DNA of 64,000 bases from NCBI RefSeq assembly GCF_902652985.1, contig NC_047022.1:16120001-16184000 (forward strand). The letters are read 5' to 3'. The first letter of the stretch is position 1, and the number at the start of each line of letters is the position of its first letter. Positions 62,003-64,000 of the stretch are shown here, in pieces. The notes beneath the pieces are model-generated. The model ran no database searches, was not told the DNA's origin, and worked only from the letters and a program-made list of their open reading frames with translations. The DNA comes from Pecten maximus. Its lineage: Eukaryota. A program made the position numbers and the translations under genes.

Positions 62003-62140
62003 TATCAACTGATATTTATTACGCTTGTTGTCCCGGATTGAAGCGCCTGAGGAGTCTTACTGTGAGAGGAAACCGAAGAACCCGTTGAAAACAAACGTTG
62101 TCGGGCAGGTGGCCCCATACCTTTTTACGTCCGATCGGGT
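62003..62140 (-). mobile_element. V-domain-like SINE fragment, tail-to-tail with the preceding SINE
   Basis: Reverse complement resembles 21190-21325 (CCTGCCCGAC..TTTTC..TTCCTC..CAGTAAGAC..GCGCTT..ATCCGGG). Confidence 0.7.
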
Positions 62141-64000
62141 AACTGTGATAATCCTTAATATTCTTTCAAACTATAATCAACATACATAGCTGATAGGGCC
62201 TGAGATACTGTATGCTTTTATCTTAGGAAGAAAATCAGGTCAAAATGTACTTATTTTTACTTAGTCCGAATTTTCTGAACGCCAGGTCGATATCTTAAAT
62301 ATCGACCTGGCGTCCAGTAACGTTTTAACATAAAAAGTCGGCTCCCCAAATCGTCAAAATTAATCGGAATACTATTAACCTTAGTCTGTATGATTGCAAG
62401 AGTTATTGGTCCTGTGATTCTGCGAGTAGCCTTATACTTATTTGAAATCTCCACACTATATATGTTCTATGGCATTCATTGTTATTTAAATTCATTCGAT
62501 TAAATGGTCTATTAATATTTACTTCAATAAAAATTACATATGTCTGCAAAATAGTATTTGAAAATAAATGTGTACCGTTAGATGAATAATTTTATAATAA
62601 ACCTAACAAGCTGTGATATTTGTGCATTGGAAGCTTAAAGCGGTGCTTTTACCATTTAAACTGCATCTGACCACCGAATGTATAACCCTCTGAACCTGAT
62701 TCATTTAATTGAAGATATTAACATACGATATACATTATACATGTAAATGTGTCTAAATTTATAGCAAACCGTTAGAGACGAACCTTCCAATGCCGATTAT
62801 TTAGTTGCCACAAATCATTTGATTTAGATTCAGCCCCTATATAGACTGACATGTTAATGAAGGCAGGATTGTAAATCTGTCTCTACTTGATGTGTGTACG
62901 GACGCGCCTCAGTATCCTAGGTGTAAGTTGACTGATGTCAGGTCAAAACTTTACATCCATCACAGTGTGATTAACGGTTTTAATTGCCGTTACCGATTAT
63001 AACAATAGGAGGGGACACAAATAAACGAAATATCATCAATATTGATACCCCAGTCATGATGCTACCATATTGGAAAATTAATTGTAAAAAGTGGAAAATT
63101 CTAAATAGAGAGACGAAATGAACGTGAAGCCTCCATGATGGAAGATTTGTTCACTCAGGGTCCTGAACTTAGTATTTTTCCAAATTATGGAATAAAAGCC
63201 AATTCGAAATCATTCCCAATCGTCAATAAATAAATAAGTAAATAAATAAATAAACACCAAATGTGGTGACTCCTCCCCGCGTATTGCGAGATCATTATAC
63301 CTACCTTGCAACAGGTAGGAAAGTTCCTTAATACCATATGAAGTTTTCATCTATGTGGTTGAAAGGTATAGATTATATCTGATGGGCAGTTAAATGACAA
63401 CAGATGACAATACGTCAACACTCTTTAAATCCGGGACGTGACAGTTGTACGGAATATTAAATAGATTGAGAAATAAGTATTAATATTTATGAGATATTTC
63501 ACTTGGAAAAGAACCGAACAAACTGTGATCAACTGATAAAAAGGTTGAGATATTTACGGTTGTAATTGGAAAATCTGAAACGTCTTATGGACAACATGCC
63601 TTTAAAACAGCACACACTTTAATTCGACAAATTGTTTAAGGTGTGAATCATATAAGTGTCTTTTGAGCCAAATTCGTTTGTAATGTCTACCTTCGCTAGT
63701 CTATCACGTGTCTTAGTCTGGATTTTTATCACACATTTAGGTAAGTACAATGGATATGTTTTGGTGATATATATATATATATTTGTGCATTTCCTGCTTA
63801 TGTCACATTAATGCAGGTCAATGAATTAAATAGATCTAGAATATAACGCTCTTCTGCTATTGAATGCTTTATATTTCCCTGCTTTGTTTTCCATTCCTTT
63901 ATTCAAATTAAAGGTGTGGTTTTTTTTTTACATAAACCGCCAATTTATAATCTTCCATACTATTTATTGATGAATGTATCGGATATAAATAATCAACTAA

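Overview
AT-rich eukaryotic genomic DNA with one 150-N gap (46116-46265), most likely from a bivalve mollusc; this is inferred from gene family and SINE content, not proven. Reading splice sites by hand gives two head-to-tail, + strand, multi-exon genes for secreted proteins. Both carry chitin-binding (ChtBD2/peritrophin-A-like) modules followed by a laminin-G/concanavalin-A-like domain, the C-terminal architecture of the molluscan shell-matrix Pif/BMSP/LamG3 family. Gene A (20127-36400, 9 exons, ~1550-1590 aa) has no VWA domain. In its place is a ~3.5 kb low-complexity exon with ~34 N-glycosylation sequons in ~213 aa, D/N-P-F repeats, poly-Pro and PxNNN repeats, interrupted by a +1 frame discontinuity near 30001-30018 that could be an indel or a 118-nt cryptic intron. 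Gene B (45911-53470, 8 coding exons, 394 aa) is a compact paralog with Arg-rich linkers, two 4-Cys modules and the same LamG intron layout. The rest is intronic or intergenic: a G-rich 10/20-bp minisatellite, fossil IS3EU and DIRS/Ngaro elements, two LINE fragments, tRNA-derived SINEs, mariner/piggyBac/Harbinger-type MITEs and several DNA hairpins. Most short ORFs in the supplied track are spurious.
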